64,000 nt of DNA from an uncultured Chlamydiae bacterium (GCA_963713615.1 CAVQMM010000001.1:352001-416000); one strand, 5' to 3'; shown: positions 9,976-20,145, counted from the stretch's first letter. A program made the numbers and translations. Notes: a model not told the origin generated them from the sequence alone.

Positions 9976-11010
9976 ATGATTGACTTCTTATCGATTTCCT
10001 TATCTGAGCTACGGCACTGGTTGGTCGAGCATGGACACCAGACATTTCAGGCAGAGTCGATCTTTGCTTGGGTTTATGAAAAAGGCATACGCGACTGGAA
10101 GCGCATGACTAACTTGGCGGCGCCGCTCCGCGAGTCTTTAACGAAATCCTTCCGCTTAGGAGTGCTAGAACCGAAGCGCGTACGTGCTGGAGCCGGTGGC
10201 GTCCAAAAATTCCTGTGGCAACTGATTGACAAGAGCCATGTAGATTCGATTTTGACCCCGAGCCGGTATGGATGGCAGTTGACGATGTCTACCCAGGTCG
10301 GGTGTCCAGTAGGTTGTATCTTTTGTGCTTCGGGAAAGCGCTTTGTGCGCAACCTGCAGCCAGCAGAGATTATTGATCAGTTTCTACAGGGACGCGACTG
10401 GGCCGCCCAACAGGGTAATCGTACGATTGGGCGCATCGCTTTTGATGGCATGGGAGAGCCTTTAAAAAATGTGAAGCCATTACTGGCGGCTCTTGAGGCC
10501 TTGTGTGATCCGCAGCGCATCGGCTTTCCATCGAAGAAGATCACGATTTCCACAGTCGGGATTATTGATGGCATCGAACGATTGCTGCAGGCTCAACTGC
10601 CTCTTCAACTGACTGTGGGGCTGCATGCACCGAATCAAAAGCTGCGTCAGAAGCTCGTCCCCTATGCTAAGAAATATCGCTTGCCAGAGCTCATGACGGT
10701 ATGCCGTCGCTATTCCATGCAGACCGGTCAGCCTGTCAGCTTTGATTATGTCTTAATCGATGGGTTTAATGACCATCCTGATCAGGCATTGGAATTAGCC
10801 CATTTGGTCAAAAATATGCGTTGTCAGATCCGGTTGTTGGCTTGCAATCCGGTGCCTGGCCTTCCCTATAGGCCCCCCAGCAAGAAGGCAATAAAAGCCT
10901 TTAGAAGTGTTCTGTTTGGTTCTAAAGTAGGCAATAAGCTTGACGATGGGCTGGGTCAGGATATCGGTGCGGCGCTCGGTCAGCTCGGTCCCTACGCAAA
11001 GGAGAGCTAG
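9976..11010 (+). CDS. RlmN/Cfr-family radical SAM protein lacking both catalytic cysteines
   Basis: STQVGCPVGCIFC cluster motif, GMGEP and LHAP are present. LTMSTQ replaces LCxSSQ, and DIGAALGQL replaces DIxAACGQL. Confidence 0.88.
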   Translation: MIDFLSISLSELRHWLVEHGHQTFQAESIFAWVYEKGIRDWKRMTNLAAPLRESLTKSFRLGVLEPKRVRAGAGGVQKFLWQLIDKSHVDSILTPSRYGWQLTMSTQVGCPVGCIFCASGKRFVRNLQPAEIIDQFLQGRDWAAQQGNRTIGRIAFDGMGEPLKNVKPLLAALEALCDPQRIGFPSKKITISTVGIIDGIERLLQAQLPLQLTVGLHAPNQKLRQKLVPYAKKYRLPELMTVCRRYSMQTGQPVSFDYVLIDGFNDHPDQALELAHLVKNMRCQIRLLACNPVPGLPYRPPSKKAIKAFRSVLFGSKVGNKLDDGLGQDIGAALGQLGPYAKES

Positions 11011-11040
11011 GCCAAGAAGATAGAGAGATGTGGGTAGGGG

Positions 11041-11310
11041 GAGAGGGAGAGGATCAGGAATCAGGAATCAGGAATAGAAATTTTACAACAGAGGACACAG
11101 AGACGCCGAGATAGGAGAGAGAAGAGAGGGACGAGGATTTTTTATTTTAGAAATTTATTAAATATTATCAATTTGAATAAATTGGAGAAAATTTAATAAA
11201 TTACTAAAATAAAAAAAATAATCTCCATTCTTTCCTCTCTCTCCTATCTCGGCGTCTCTGTGTCCTCTGTTGTAAAATTTCTATTCCTGATTCCTGATCC
11301 TCTCCCTCTC
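11041..11310. repeat. Palindromic element, family P (~75-80-bp arms, AT-rich spacer)
   Basis: GAGAGGGAGAGGATCAGGAATC...CAACAGAGGACACAGAGACGCCGAGATAGGAGAGAG and its reverse complement ending at 11310. Confidence 0.88.
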
Positions 11311-11375
11311 TCACCTCTTCCTGCTCTCCTTTTTATGGGTTTTATGCTAAAATGGTTACATAACAAGGAGGGCTT

Positions 11376-12143
11376 ATGGGCGATTTTATTAAACCCATAG
11401 CGCCTCATTCAGGGTCGCACCGCGTTTCTGACGAGCACGATCAGCCCAAACGCTACTCTGATTCGACAGATCGGGACTCTGACGAACGGCGTCGCCCCCG
11501 AGAGGTTGATGAACATTCGGAAATTGCACGGACTGACGAAGCCGCATGGGATGGTTATTTTAGTGCTTTAGTGAGCTCCATGTTTCTCTTGTTTGAGAAT
11601 CGGGAAATGTACAAACGATATATCTCCATAGAGGAAAGCGCTTTAAGATTAGAGGAAAAGAGTTTCGAGCAGAAGATGCGCGCCGGTCGGGAAGATGCTC
11701 AAATGCGCCAGCGTTGGGATTCTTTGACCGATGCATTTCGTCAGGAATTCGAACGTGTTCGGCAAAAGGATGAAGCGCTGAAAAGTGACAGAAGGAGAAG
11801 ACGATCTCCAGACATCGGCCGGAAAGAAAAAACTGATAAACAGCCAATCGTGAGTCATGAAAGAAAGGACCAGCGGGTTGCAGAAACCGCTATAAAACCT
11901 AAAGAATCTCCTTTATCATTTGAAGGAGTCTGGATCACGGACCCCACAGGTCTGGATGTTAAGGTTGGGCGGGTTTTCTATCGCACTGACCCTACAGTTC
12001 CGCGTTTGCGTCGGAGAAGCAGTCGCTTAGATGACAATTCTCAAGACCAAAGGGTACCGGTGAGGGACTTCAGTTGGCTGCGTATCGACCGTAAAACGCC
12101 TAGAAGAAAAAAACGTGATGACAAGCTGGCTGAAGCTGCATAA
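11376..12143 (+). CDS. Hypothetical highly charged protein
   Basis: AAGGAGG RBS, 255-aa R/D/E-rich ORF, ends 2 nt before uvrC. Confidence 0.7.
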   Translation: MGDFIKPIAPHSGSHRVSDEHDQPKRYSDSTDRDSDERRRPREVDEHSEIARTDEAAWDGYFSALVSSMFLLFENREMYKRYISIEESALRLEEKSFEQKMRAGREDAQMRQRWDSLTDAFRQEFERVRQKDEALKSDRRRRRSPDIGRKEKTDKQPIVSHERKDQRVAETAIKPKESPLSFEGVWITDPTGLDVKVGRVFYRTDPTVPRLRRRSSRLDDNSQDQRVPVRDFSWLRIDRKTPRRKKRDDKLAEAA

Positions 12144-12145
12144 AT

Positions 12146-13981
12146 ATGTCGTATGATCCACAGCAAATAGACCTATTCCCCACCAAGCCTGGCGTTTATA
12201 TCATGAAAGGACGTCGCGACGTCGTTCTTTATGTGGGTAAGGCTAAAAATCTACGACAAAGAGTTAAGCAATATTTTATTCCAGGACGCGACTCGCGAGA
12301 GAAGGTGCCACACCTTGTCGCACGAGTGCATAATATTGAAACGATTGTCGTCAGCTCGGAAAAAGAAGCCTTGCTGCTGGAAAATACGCTGATCAAAGAG
12401 CATCTGCCGCACTATAACGCCATTTTTCGCGATGACAAAACCTATATTAGTCTAAAAATTAACCATAAAAGCACCTGGCCGATGGTGCAACTGGTTCGGT
12501 ACAAGGGAAAGCCCAAACCTGATGGACTGTATTTTGGCCCCTACACCAGCGCCTACGCCGCCAGGCAGACCCTCGATTTAATTCATCGCATCTTTCCGCT
12601 ACGGCAATGTTCCGATCAGGAGTTCGCACGTCGCACCAGACCCTGCATTTTGTACGACATGAAGCGCTGCATTGCTCCTTGCGTCGAGCGATGTACTAAA
12701 GAAGAGTATGACCATCATGTGCGTACGACGATCCAATTTTTGAAGGGACAGGACCAAGATGTTCTAAAAGAATTACGCGCCGAGATGACAACTGCCGCAG
12801 ACGCTCTAGAATTTGAGCGAGCTGGGGTTTTGCTAAACACCATTAGGTACATTCAGGCGACGATTGAAAAGCAGAGAGTTGTCAAGGTCGGCGGTGGCGA
12901 TAGCGATATTTTTGGAGTGTTCCGTGAAGGCGAAGAGGTGATGGTTAGCCAGATTCTCTACCGGGAAGGCCGGCTGATGGGGACGCGCAGCTATAGCTTT
13001 TCTGGCTTGGCCCAAGATGACGCAGAGCTTCTTGAATCCCTGATGATGCAGCGTTACGAAATTGCCGAAGATCTGCCAGAAGAAATTCTTCTTCCGGTAA
13101 ATGTGGAGGACTCAGCTGCTCTTGAAGAAATCTTCACCACTCGCAAGGGACGCAATGTTCAGGTTCTTACACCTCAGCGCGGCGACAAGCTCAAGTTGGT
13201 AGAGATGGCTTATGCCAATGCCGAATCAGCTTACCGAAGGGAGAAAGATGCCAAGGTTGTCATTGAAAAGATGCTGACTGAGATGCAAGAACAGCTGCGT
13301 TTGACAAACTATCCTAGACGCATTGAGTGCTTTGACAATTCACACATCTCCGGGACGGAACCCGTGTCCTCGTTGGTAGCCTTCACGGAAGGGGAGAAGG
13401 ACTCCAAGCGCTATCGACTCTACAAACTAAAAAATACGGCAGCATCTGACGACTATGGCGCCATGCGTGAGGTTCTCACGCGGCGTTATCGGCGCGCCAA
13501 GGAGGAAAATGATCTTCCTGATCTACTCATCGTTGATGGAGGCAAGGGCCAGCTGAATAGTGCACTGAAGGTGATGGAAGACTTGGATATTGTCACTGTG
13601 GATGTCATCGGTGTCGCCAAGGAGCAGGGGCGCCATGACAAGGGCATCACCGGTGAGCAGGTCTTCCTGCCTAATGTTAAAGATCCTGTTCGTTTAAAGA
13701 AAACATCGCCCATCTTGTTTCTACTGCAGAAAATCCGCGATGAAGCACACCGCTCCGCGGTGGCCTTTCACCGGAAGCGACGAAGTAAAGGGACACTGCG
13801 TAGCGCCTTGGATTCCATCGAGGGAATAGGACCCAAAAAGCGTCAGCTTTTGCTGCGTCACTTTGGCAGTGTAGCCAAACTGCGCGAGGCCACGGCAGAG
13901 CAGTTACACGCTGTGCCGGGCCTCTCGCAATCTAATGTCAAGGCTCTGCTAGCCTTCTTCGGCTCTAAGACCGAGCCTTAG
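12146..13981 (+). CDS. uvrC: Excinuclease ABC subunit C
   Basis: PGVY..YVGKAKNLR GIY-YIG domain, ECFDNSH, VDGGKGQL, RDEAHR, C-terminal HhH. Confidence 0.97.
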   Translation: MSYDPQQIDLFPTKPGVYIMKGRRDVVLYVGKAKNLRQRVKQYFIPGRDSREKVPHLVARVHNIETIVVSSEKEALLLENTLIKEHLPHYNAIFRDDKTYISLKINHKSTWPMVQLVRYKGKPKPDGLYFGPYTSAYAARQTLDLIHRIFPLRQCSDQEFARRTRPCILYDMKRCIAPCVERCTKEEYDHHVRTTIQFLKGQDQDVLKELRAEMTTAADALEFERAGVLLNTIRYIQATIEKQRVVKVGGGDSDIFGVFREGEEVMVSQILYREGRLMGTRSYSFSGLAQDDAELLESLMMQRYEIAEDLPEEILLPVNVEDSAALEEIFTTRKGRNVQVLTPQRGDKLKLVEMAYANAESAYRREKDAKVVIEKMLTEMQEQLRLTNYPRRIECFDNSHISGTEPVSSLVAFTEGEKDSKRYRLYKLKNTAASDDYGAMREVLTRRYRRAKEENDLPDLLIVDGGKGQLNSALKVMEDLDIVTVDVIGVAKEQGRHDKGITGEQVFLPNVKDPVRLKKTSPILFLLQKIRDEAHRSAVAFHRKRRSKGTLRSALDSIEGIGPKKRQLLLRHFGSVAKLREATAEQLHAVPGLSQSNVKALLAFFGSKTEP

Positions 13982-15264
13982 CTGTTCTTCATCTTTAACG
14001 TGTCGTTAACCAGCCCACCCAGCCAGCCGAACATATTTCCTACGGTCTCTGAACCAGGAAGGTTAGTCAGGTTTTGGATACTTTTCGGGATCTTTTTGAA
14101 AGCCCGAGCTCCTATGCCTAGGCCTTGATGTCCACTTCTCAAGAGCTCTAGCCGTATCGCCACGCTTTGACTGATAACTGGACTTGTATTCCGCTTTTTA
14201 ATAGCCTCTAGGAGGTCTTTATTCTTAATAGTGCCATTTTTTGCAATATGTGTAGTTATCTGACTCCTAATGGTTTTTGTGACGAAATCGGTTACTTCGT
14301 TAGCATCCGCTTTTCTCCAACCCTCATATTTCTCAATTTCTTTGTCGATGGCATATTCTATACCCTCTTGATAAACGTTAAGAGCTTCACCCAGGTAGCG
14401 GTCATCTATAATGTTTTTTACTTGCGCTTTGACATTGTTAGGGATCTCATCTTGGATCTTCTCGAAGGTATCTTGAGCCTTAGTCTTTTTGTTGCGACCT
14501 GGAGTTGTAAGAGCATTGGCTAGTGTCGCCCAATGTTTTATGCGGCCTGTTTCGTCCAGATAAGCTTGTCCATCGCCGTTTTTGGCCGGTGTTTCTTTTG
14601 CGACACCACAGGAAACTTCGATGTCATTTTGTATGGCCGCCCGATGATGCTCATCCAATCCATCGACTGAAGGCAGGTTGCCCAAGGGCTTAACTTCTGT
14701 GGTTGGGATGATATTACCTTCATCATCTGCTACTGGTGCTTTGCCTTTTTTGCCGCCTTTTTTTGCTTTCTTCTCGTCCTCCAGGGCTTTAGGTGATGGT
14801 ATAGATTTTTTTAGAGCTGAGGCTTCTAAGTCTCCGAATTTTTTGATGCGCTCCCTCAGCTCTTTATAAATAGGCGTGGTGGCAGGTGTATGGTTGCGAA
14901 CCGCTCCATCGAAAGTGACACCTGTCTTGTTAATGACTGCCTGGTCAAGTTTGTGGGTGTTGGCAGCCGGCTTACTAGCATCTAGGATTCCGATGTCATC
15001 ATGCTTCATGATGCGGACCATGCGTTCAGCAATTTCCTTCCATTCGCCCAAGGGAATAGGTTGCCCCTTGTTGTATCCGGGAATAGTCATCTCATACTTC
15101 GTCCCGCCATGCAGGGTGAGTACGGCAATGCCGCTCTTGTTTCGCTTTAGCTTTTCTATGAAGGGACGTACGTCATCTGCAAAATTTTCCTTTGAGTAGG
15201 TATTTGCGTCTAATCGAAAATCTATGCCGTCCATGTATAACTCCTTTGGTAAGGTTAAAGGCAA
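13978..15264 (-). CDS. Hypothetical Lys-rich protein (possible secreted effector)
   Basis: 428-aa ORF, divergent from the T3SS chaperone gene; no recognised motif; start uncertain. Confidence 0.65.
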   Translation of the reverse strand: MPLTLPKELYMDGIDFRLDANTYSKENFADDVRPFIEKLKRNKSGIAVLTLHGGTKYEMTIPGYNKGQPIPLGEWKEIAERMVRIMKHDDIGILDASKPAANTHKLDQAVINKTGVTFDGAVRNHTPATTPIYKELRERIKKFGDLEASALKKSIPSPKALEDEKKAKKGGKKGKAPVADDEGNIIPTTEVKPLGNLPSVDGLDEHHRAAIQNDIEVSCGVAKETPAKNGDGQAYLDETGRIKHWATLANALTTPGRNKKTKAQDTFEKIQDEIPNNVKAQVKNIIDDRYLGEALNVYQEGIEYAIDKEIEKYEGWRKADANEVTDFVTKTIRSQITTHIAKNGTIKNKDLLEAIKKRNTSPVISQSVAIRLELLRSGHQGLGIGARAFKKIPKSIQNLTNLPGSETVGNMFGWLGGLVNDTLKMKNS

Positions 15265-15373
15265 TAATAACCCAACATTGGTAAAGTTAGGTTAAAGAAT
15301 TCATGAGAGTTTTGTTTTTGGTAATGTTGATTAATTACTTGAATGGTAATATAATTAATTCGTGGAGTAGAGA

Positions 15374-15901
15374 ATGGAGGGAATCATGCAATTGGATGAG
15401 AAATATCTAATTAGTCTGCATGCGATGGAGGTTATCAAAGATGGCCATGCATTGCAGGAGAGACTCGACAAAGGTCAGACTTACCAGCAGATTTTAGAAT
15501 TTTCCGACGATGCCATTTTGGGGTTTTATGCAGCAGCTCAAGAGCTTTTAAACCAGAAACGCTATGGCGATGCGTCGGATGCTTTTTTCTTTCTGAGTCA
15601 GTTGGCTCCGCAGGTAAAAGCATTTTGGTTAGGCATGGCGCGCAGTGAGCGGCTAAATCATCGCATCGAGGAGGCTATCGGTTTATACCTCTGCGTCATA
15701 GCGATGGAAGAGGCTGACAAGAGTGTTTACATGGAATGCGTACGTTGTTGTTTATCCGTCGGTAAAACTGAAGAAGCCTTGCAGATCTTAGACATGGCTT
15801 TAGGCTATGCGGCTGAGCATTCGGACGACATAGCATCGAAGGATTTGCATGATGCCAGTATCGAGTGCAAGGAATGGATTTTAGAGCAGAAGAATTCCTA
15901 G
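15374..15901 (+). CDS. SycD/LcrH-family type III secretion chaperone (TPR)
   Basis: G.TYQ.IL.FS...Y..A......Y.DA...F.FL..L.P....FWLG TPR pattern typical of class II chaperones. Confidence 0.8.
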   Translation: MEGIMQLDEKYLISLHAMEVIKDGHALQERLDKGQTYQQILEFSDDAILGFYAAAQELLNQKRYGDASDAFFFLSQLAPQVKAFWLGMARSERLNHRIEEAIGLYLCVIAMEEADKSVYMECVRCCLSVGKTEEALQILDMALGYAAEHSDDIASKDLHDASIECKEWILEQKNS

Positions 15902-15950
15902 TTAGGATAAGCCATGCGGGGTCTGTGTTGTTTAAAAGAGAGGGAATATT

Positions 15951-16937
15951 ATGGGTGCAGTCGAGCGACAAGAAGGAGGAGATCACCTTGAGGGGCTTGG
16001 AGGCGTGCAGCCGCAGAACCCGGTGCAGCATCAGGTTCCGAATGAATTAGGACAAGCTGATCCGCCACCTGCAAATCCAGCTCAGGTAAAAAAATCGCTG
16101 GGTTCTTCGCCAGCCCAAGTGGTTAAGGGGGTTGCTGGTTTCTTGTGGAAGAATAAGGCAGCGATTGCTTCCCTTGGGGTCCTAGGAGCAGGGGTGGGTA
16201 TTGGTATCTTTATCATCGCTTCCGGCACGGTTGCAGCGCCGGTGTTTGCATTATGTGGAGCTTGCCTTGTGGGAGGTGCTTTCTTGCTTACTTTCTCAGC
16301 TATGCTTGAAAGGTCCTCTGGTGGTTCCAGCCACCAGGCACCAGCGCAGCCGCCTCCACCGGCCCCCGGTCAGGTTGCGGGCGCGGGAGGCCAGGGTGGA
16401 CAGCCAGCCCATAATCAAGCCAATCCTGCGCCAGCTCCTGGAGTAGGTCAAGGTGGTGCTCCGCCACCTCCTATAAACAATCTTGCAGATGAAGGTGGTG
16501 GTCCGCCACCTATCATCAATCCACTTGGAGATGATGCAGGTGGTCAAGCAGTTCCTGAAGAAATTCCTGTACCAGATGCTGGTGGTGGTCCACAACCTAT
16601 AATCAATCCTGCACCAGGTGAAGGCGATCACATAGAACCTGCACCAGGTGAAGGCGATCACATAGAAAATGACGAGCGTGAAGAGGAGATAGAGAACGAA
16701 GATGTTCAGCATCAGATTGAAAATGACGAGCAGCTTCAACATGAGGTAGAACAGCAGCAGGTCAATCATGTCGATGTTAATCCATTAGAAGGAGCTCAGA
16801 ACGAGGCCGTGGGGCAACCTCCAGTGGAGGCGGGCATTAAGGCTAAAGTAGCAGACTGGTTCAGTTCGACGGTGCATGGGCTAGGTGATATTGCATGGGC
16901 CGTGGCAAGCCGTCTAAAACCCGCTGCACGAGAATAA
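15951..16937 (+). CDS. Inc-like / T3SS substrate with bilobed hydrophobic domain and Pro/Gly-rich, acidic tail
   Basis: ~50-aa two-helix hydrophobic stretch, GGxPPPIINP-like repeats, directly downstream of the SycD-like gene. Confidence 0.72.
   Translation: MGAVERQEGGDHLEGLGGVQPQNPVQHQVPNELGQADPPPANPAQVKKSLGSSPAQVVKGVAGFLWKNKAAIASLGVLGAGVGIGIFIIASGTVAAPVFALCGACLVGGAFLLTFSAMLERSSGGSSHQAPAQPPPPAPGQVAGAGGQGGQPAHNQANPAPAPGVGQGGAPPPPINNLADEGGGPPPIINPLGDDAGGQAVPEEIPVPDAGGGPQPIINPAPGEGDHIEPAPGEGDHIENDEREEEIENEDVQHQIENDEQLQHEVEQQQVNHVDVNPLEGAQNEAVGQPPVEAGIKAKVADWFSSTVHGLGDIAWAVASRLKPAARE
16608..16667 (+). repeat. 30-bp perfect tandem duplication (PAPGEGDHIE x2)
   Basis: cctgcaccaggtgaaggcgatcacatagaa occurs twice. 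Confidence 0.9.
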
Positions 16938-16949
16938 GGAGGGAGGAAA

Positions 16950-17195
16950 GTGGAAAAAGATAAAGCAATTGATGAATTTGCCGACGCCGCGGTTGAGATA
17001 TTACGTGGAAGCTATCGTAGTGAATTAGAGCCCTTTGAAGCGTATGCCGCACGCTTGAAGGGAGAGATGGTTAAGCATTTGCACGAATATCGACACCGTT
17101 TGACACATGGATATGAAGTTCTTCTGGAGGAGCTCTCAAAGGAAAAGGCGCCTCCGCGTACCTCACATGGACGTTCCGGTACAATCCGACCATAA
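16950..17195 (+). CDS. Small hypothetical helical protein
   Basis: GGAGG RBS and GTG start; fills the gap between two paralogous genes. Confidence 0.65.
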   Translation: MEKDKAIDEFADAAVEILRGSYRSELEPFEAYAARLKGEMVKHLHEYRHRLTHGYEVLLEELSKEKAPPRTSHGRSGTIRP

Positions 17196-17205
17196 GGAGT
17201 CTGGT

Positions 17206-18015
17206 ATGGCTGGCCAATTGCCTCCGCCCGGAAATGGTCCTCCACCTATTGGAGGAGGTGGGGCTCCAGCACCACTTCCTCACCCACAGCCTATGCCACC
17301 GGGCTTGAACCCTCATCAACCTAATCCACCGCTACCCGGCCCTGCTGGAGTGAAAGCAACCCTTAAAGCTGGTGTCAAAGATCTATTGGCCAAGGTAGGC
17401 GACTTCGTGATGACTCATAAGGCCATGATTGTGGGTATTGGAATCATGGCCTTTGGAGTAACATGTCTCGCGTTGGCGATGGCAGGAACTGGTGGAGCTG
17501 GCTTGGCGGTAGTAGCCGCTCTAGCCTTGTCGATGGGTTTTATCACCTATGTGCTGTCGCCCTGGATGGAGTCCGTCGCTGACATGGCTGTGGCTCATAT
17601 GCTGGAAGGCGGAAAAGCGATTATGGAGACGGAAACTTTTAAGGAGATGAAAGCCACAAGTAATAACGCTTTGGGAGCAATTTTTGGGGGTTTTTCAACT
17701 GCGGGGCAGAACCAGCCACAACCCCCACAGCCACCACCACAACCCCCACAGCCACCACAGGCCCCACAGCCCCCTCAACCCCCTCAACCCCCACAGCCAC
17801 CACCACAACCACAACCACAACCACAACCCCCACAGCCCCCACAGCCACCACCACCACCACAACCCCCTCAACCCCCACAGCCCCCACAGCCCCCACCACC
17901 ACCACCACCACCACCACCACAACCACAACCCCCTCAACCCCCACAGCCCCCACAGCCACCACCACCACAACCACAACCCCCTCAACTCCCACCACAGCCC
18001 CCACCCCCACGCTGA
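17206..18015 (+). CDS. Inc-like protein with bilobed hydrophobic domain and ~100-aa poly-Pro/Gln tail
   Basis: AAGGAG RBS before ATG 17206; same layout as 15951..16937; C-terminus almost entirely P and Q. Confidence 0.78.
   Translation: MAGQLPPPGNGPPPIGGGGAPAPLPHPQPMPPGLNPHQPNPPLPGPAGVKATLKAGVKDLLAKVGDFVMTHKAMIVGIGIMAFGVTCLALAMAGTGGAGLAVVAALALSMGFITYVLSPWMESVADMAVAHMLEGGKAIMETETFKEMKATSNNALGAIFGGFSTAGQNQPQPPQPPPQPPQPPQAPQPPQPPQPPQPPPQPQPQPQPPQPPQPPPPPQPPQPPQPPQPPPPPPPPPPQPQPPQPPQPPQPPPPQPQPPQLPPQPPPPR
17710..18010 (+). repeat. Low-complexity CCA/CCC/CAG/CAA coding repeat
   Basis: Reiterated ccccacag/ccacca/cctcaa units encoding (QPP)n and polyproline. Confidence 0.92.
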
Positions 18016-18087
18016 CCAAAGCGACGAAAAAGCGGTGGCAAGCCACCGGACTTTCAAGTAACTCAAAAGGTTGGCTGGCGCAATTTT

Positions 18088-18221
18088 CTATGTGGCGCAG
18101 TCATTCCATGACTGCGAGAAAGGTTGAAACAGATTCCGTTTGCATTTCGTGGAACGTTGTTTTGCATGTCTCCAGAATTGCAACGGATAGTTCGCAGTCA
18201 TGGAATGACAGCGGCACATAG
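18088..18221. repeat. REP doublet (REPIN-like)
   Basis: TGTGG-CGCAGTCA-TTCCA-TGACTGCG with an inverted copy at 18191-18221, between convergent genes; a third copy lies at 20193. Confidence 0.8.
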
Positions 18222-18241
18222 GAATGGCGTGTGCAGCAGAC

Positions 18242-19228
18242 TTAGCGCGTGACCAGCCAGAAGTGAATTGAAGGGTAGTTCTGTTGAATATCTGCGGCCC
18301 AGGCTTGGGCCTCTGTGATGCTATCGAAAACCATTGAGGCTGTTGCCAAGGCATCTGCAGCGGCACAGCTTGAGCTCAAGACGCTTGCGCTAGCCACAGA
18401 TCCTGGCACCACTTCAAGAGGCTTCAGACGTTGTGGATCAAACACATGACAATAGACAGTATCTCCTACCGTCCAGTTTTGGTAATAATCTCCGCTAGTT
18501 GCTAAGGCGGCGTTATCGAGATCTACATAGGCCAAGGCATCATGGGCCTTAGAGCTTTCTAGACCGCTGATATAAATGCGCCACAAGCGCCCTTCCGGGT
18601 GTTGTCCGATGGCTTTTACCTCGCCGCCCCATTCGACAAAAAGCGATGCATAGCCTGCCTGAGAAATCCTTTGCACCAGCAAATCGACGCCGTATCCCTT
18701 AGCGACTGCATCCAAATTGAGCATGACGTCATCATGATCCTTACTAAAGAGTTCTTCATTGAAGTGAATGTGGCTCCAACCGACAATGGGGTGTAGAGCC
18801 ATAATTTCAGCTTCTGGAGGCACAGTACCTTTGGTCAAGTAGGGCATCCAAGTCTTTTTTAGAGGCGCAATGGTAGGATCAAAGCGCCCATTAGTCATCG
18901 TGACCAAACTATCGACCAAGATAAGAAAGCTCTGCATTTGAGATGATAGTATGGTTGAATCACCAGCACGCAGGTTATTAAGCCGTGAGACCTCCGATTT
19001 GGGGTTAAACTGGTTGTAGAGGCTATCGACCTCATTGAAGACCTCAGTGATTAATTCCTGGATGTGGCGCTGCTGCTGATCGTTAAGGGCTTCTCCAATG
19101 ACCACGCGATACGGCATCGTCATCGCCACTCCGGCCAATTCGGTGGTTATTGGTTTATCAGTCTCTTGATTATGGAGATAGTAGAGAGATGCAATAGCCA
19201 CTAGAATGAACGCAGCCCAGAATCTCAT
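18242..19228 (-). CDS. apbE: FAD:protein FMN transferase
   Basis: FDPTI, LDAVAKGY.VD, ATSGDY, ADALATA motifs; N-terminal membrane anchor. Confidence 0.93.
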   Translation of the reverse strand: MRFWAAFILVAIASLYYLHNQETDKPITTELAGVAMTMPYRVVIGEALNDQQQRHIQELITEVFNEVDSLYNQFNPKSEVSRLNNLRAGDSTILSSQMQSFLILVDSLVTMTNGRFDPTIAPLKKTWMPYLTKGTVPPEAEIMALHPIVGWSHIHFNEELFSKDHDDVMLNLDAVAKGYGVDLLVQRISQAGYASLFVEWGGEVKAIGQHPEGRLWRIYISGLESSKAHDALAYVDLDNAALATSGDYYQNWTVGDTVYCHVFDPQRLKPLEVVPGSVASASVLSSSCAAADALATASMVFDSITEAQAWAADIQQNYPSIHFWLVTR

Positions 19229-20103
19229 TACCGCACCTTCCGCAATTGGTGAAAAGCTTTTAGGGTATTGCTCAAAAGCATAGCGATCGTCATCGGTCCA
19301 ACACCGCCGGGGACAGGAGTAATCCAGGAGCTCTTGGCTTTCACTTCCTCATAAGCAACATCGCCAACTAGGCGCGATCCTTTGGGGGCTTGAGGATCAA
19401 CAATGCGGTTTTGTCCGACATCGATGACTACAGCTCCTTCACGAATCATATGAGCTTTGAAAAACTCGGGTTGACCGATCGCGGCGATGAGGATATCTGC
19501 CTGGCGCGAGTAATGGGAAATATCGGACGTTTGGCTATGCACTACAGTGACAGTAGCATTAGCGCCTGGCGCTTTCTGCATCAGTAGGCAGGCCAGGGGC
19601 TTACCTACGATATTGCTCCTTCCGGCGATAACGACATGGCGACCTTCAACGTCAATGTTATATCGCTGAAGTAACACCTGAATTCCCAAGGGTGTACAGG
19701 GAACATACGCCGTCGGATCTCCCATCAAGAGCTTTCCATGGCTGATTGGTGTAGCCCCATCGACATCTTTATCCGGCGCTATGCGGCTGGCCATACGTAG
19801 CGAATCGAGGTGAGCAGGCAGGGGCAATTGCATCAGAATGCCGGTGACATCCGGGGCAGCATTGAGTCTATCGATAACAGCTAATAGCTCAGCCTCTTGA
19901 GTCGTTGATGGTAAGAGGATTTTTTCCGACGCAATGCCCACCTTTTGGCAGGTCTTTACCTTGGCATTAACGTAGATATGAGAAGCCGGATTGTCTCCGA
20001 CTAATATAGCTACAAGCTTAGGTATCTGAGGCTTTAAGGCCTCTATATTCTGGGCAAGTTCCTGATGAATTTGGCCGGCAGTAGCCGTTCCGTCGATGAT
20101 CAT
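19228..20103 (-). CDS. folD: Methylenetetrahydrofolate dehydrogenase/cyclohydrolase
   Basis: KDVDG, PCTP.G, GRSNIVGKP, TPVPGGVGPMT. Confidence 0.97.
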   Translation of the reverse strand: MIIDGTATAGQIHQELAQNIEALKPQIPKLVAILVGDNPASHIYVNAKVKTCQKVGIASEKILLPSTTQEAELLAVIDRLNAAPDVTGILMQLPLPAHLDSLRMASRIAPDKDVDGATPISHGKLLMGDPTAYVPCTPLGIQVLLQRYNIDVEGRHVVIAGRSNIVGKPLACLLMQKAPGANATVTVVHSQTSDISHYSRQADILIAAIGQPEFFKAHMIREGAVVIDVGQNRIVDPQAPKGSRLVGDVAYEEVKAKSSWITPVPGGVGPMTIAMLLSNTLKAFHQLRKVR

Positions 20104-20145
20104 TATTATCGCCTGGGATTTACCCTATAGATTACCGAATGAATT

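Noticed and set aside
17639..18066. Val/Gly-, Trp/Leu- and His-rich ORFs in other frames
   Set aside because: Shadow frames of the Pro/Gln repeat; only the 17206 frame has an RBS and a paralog
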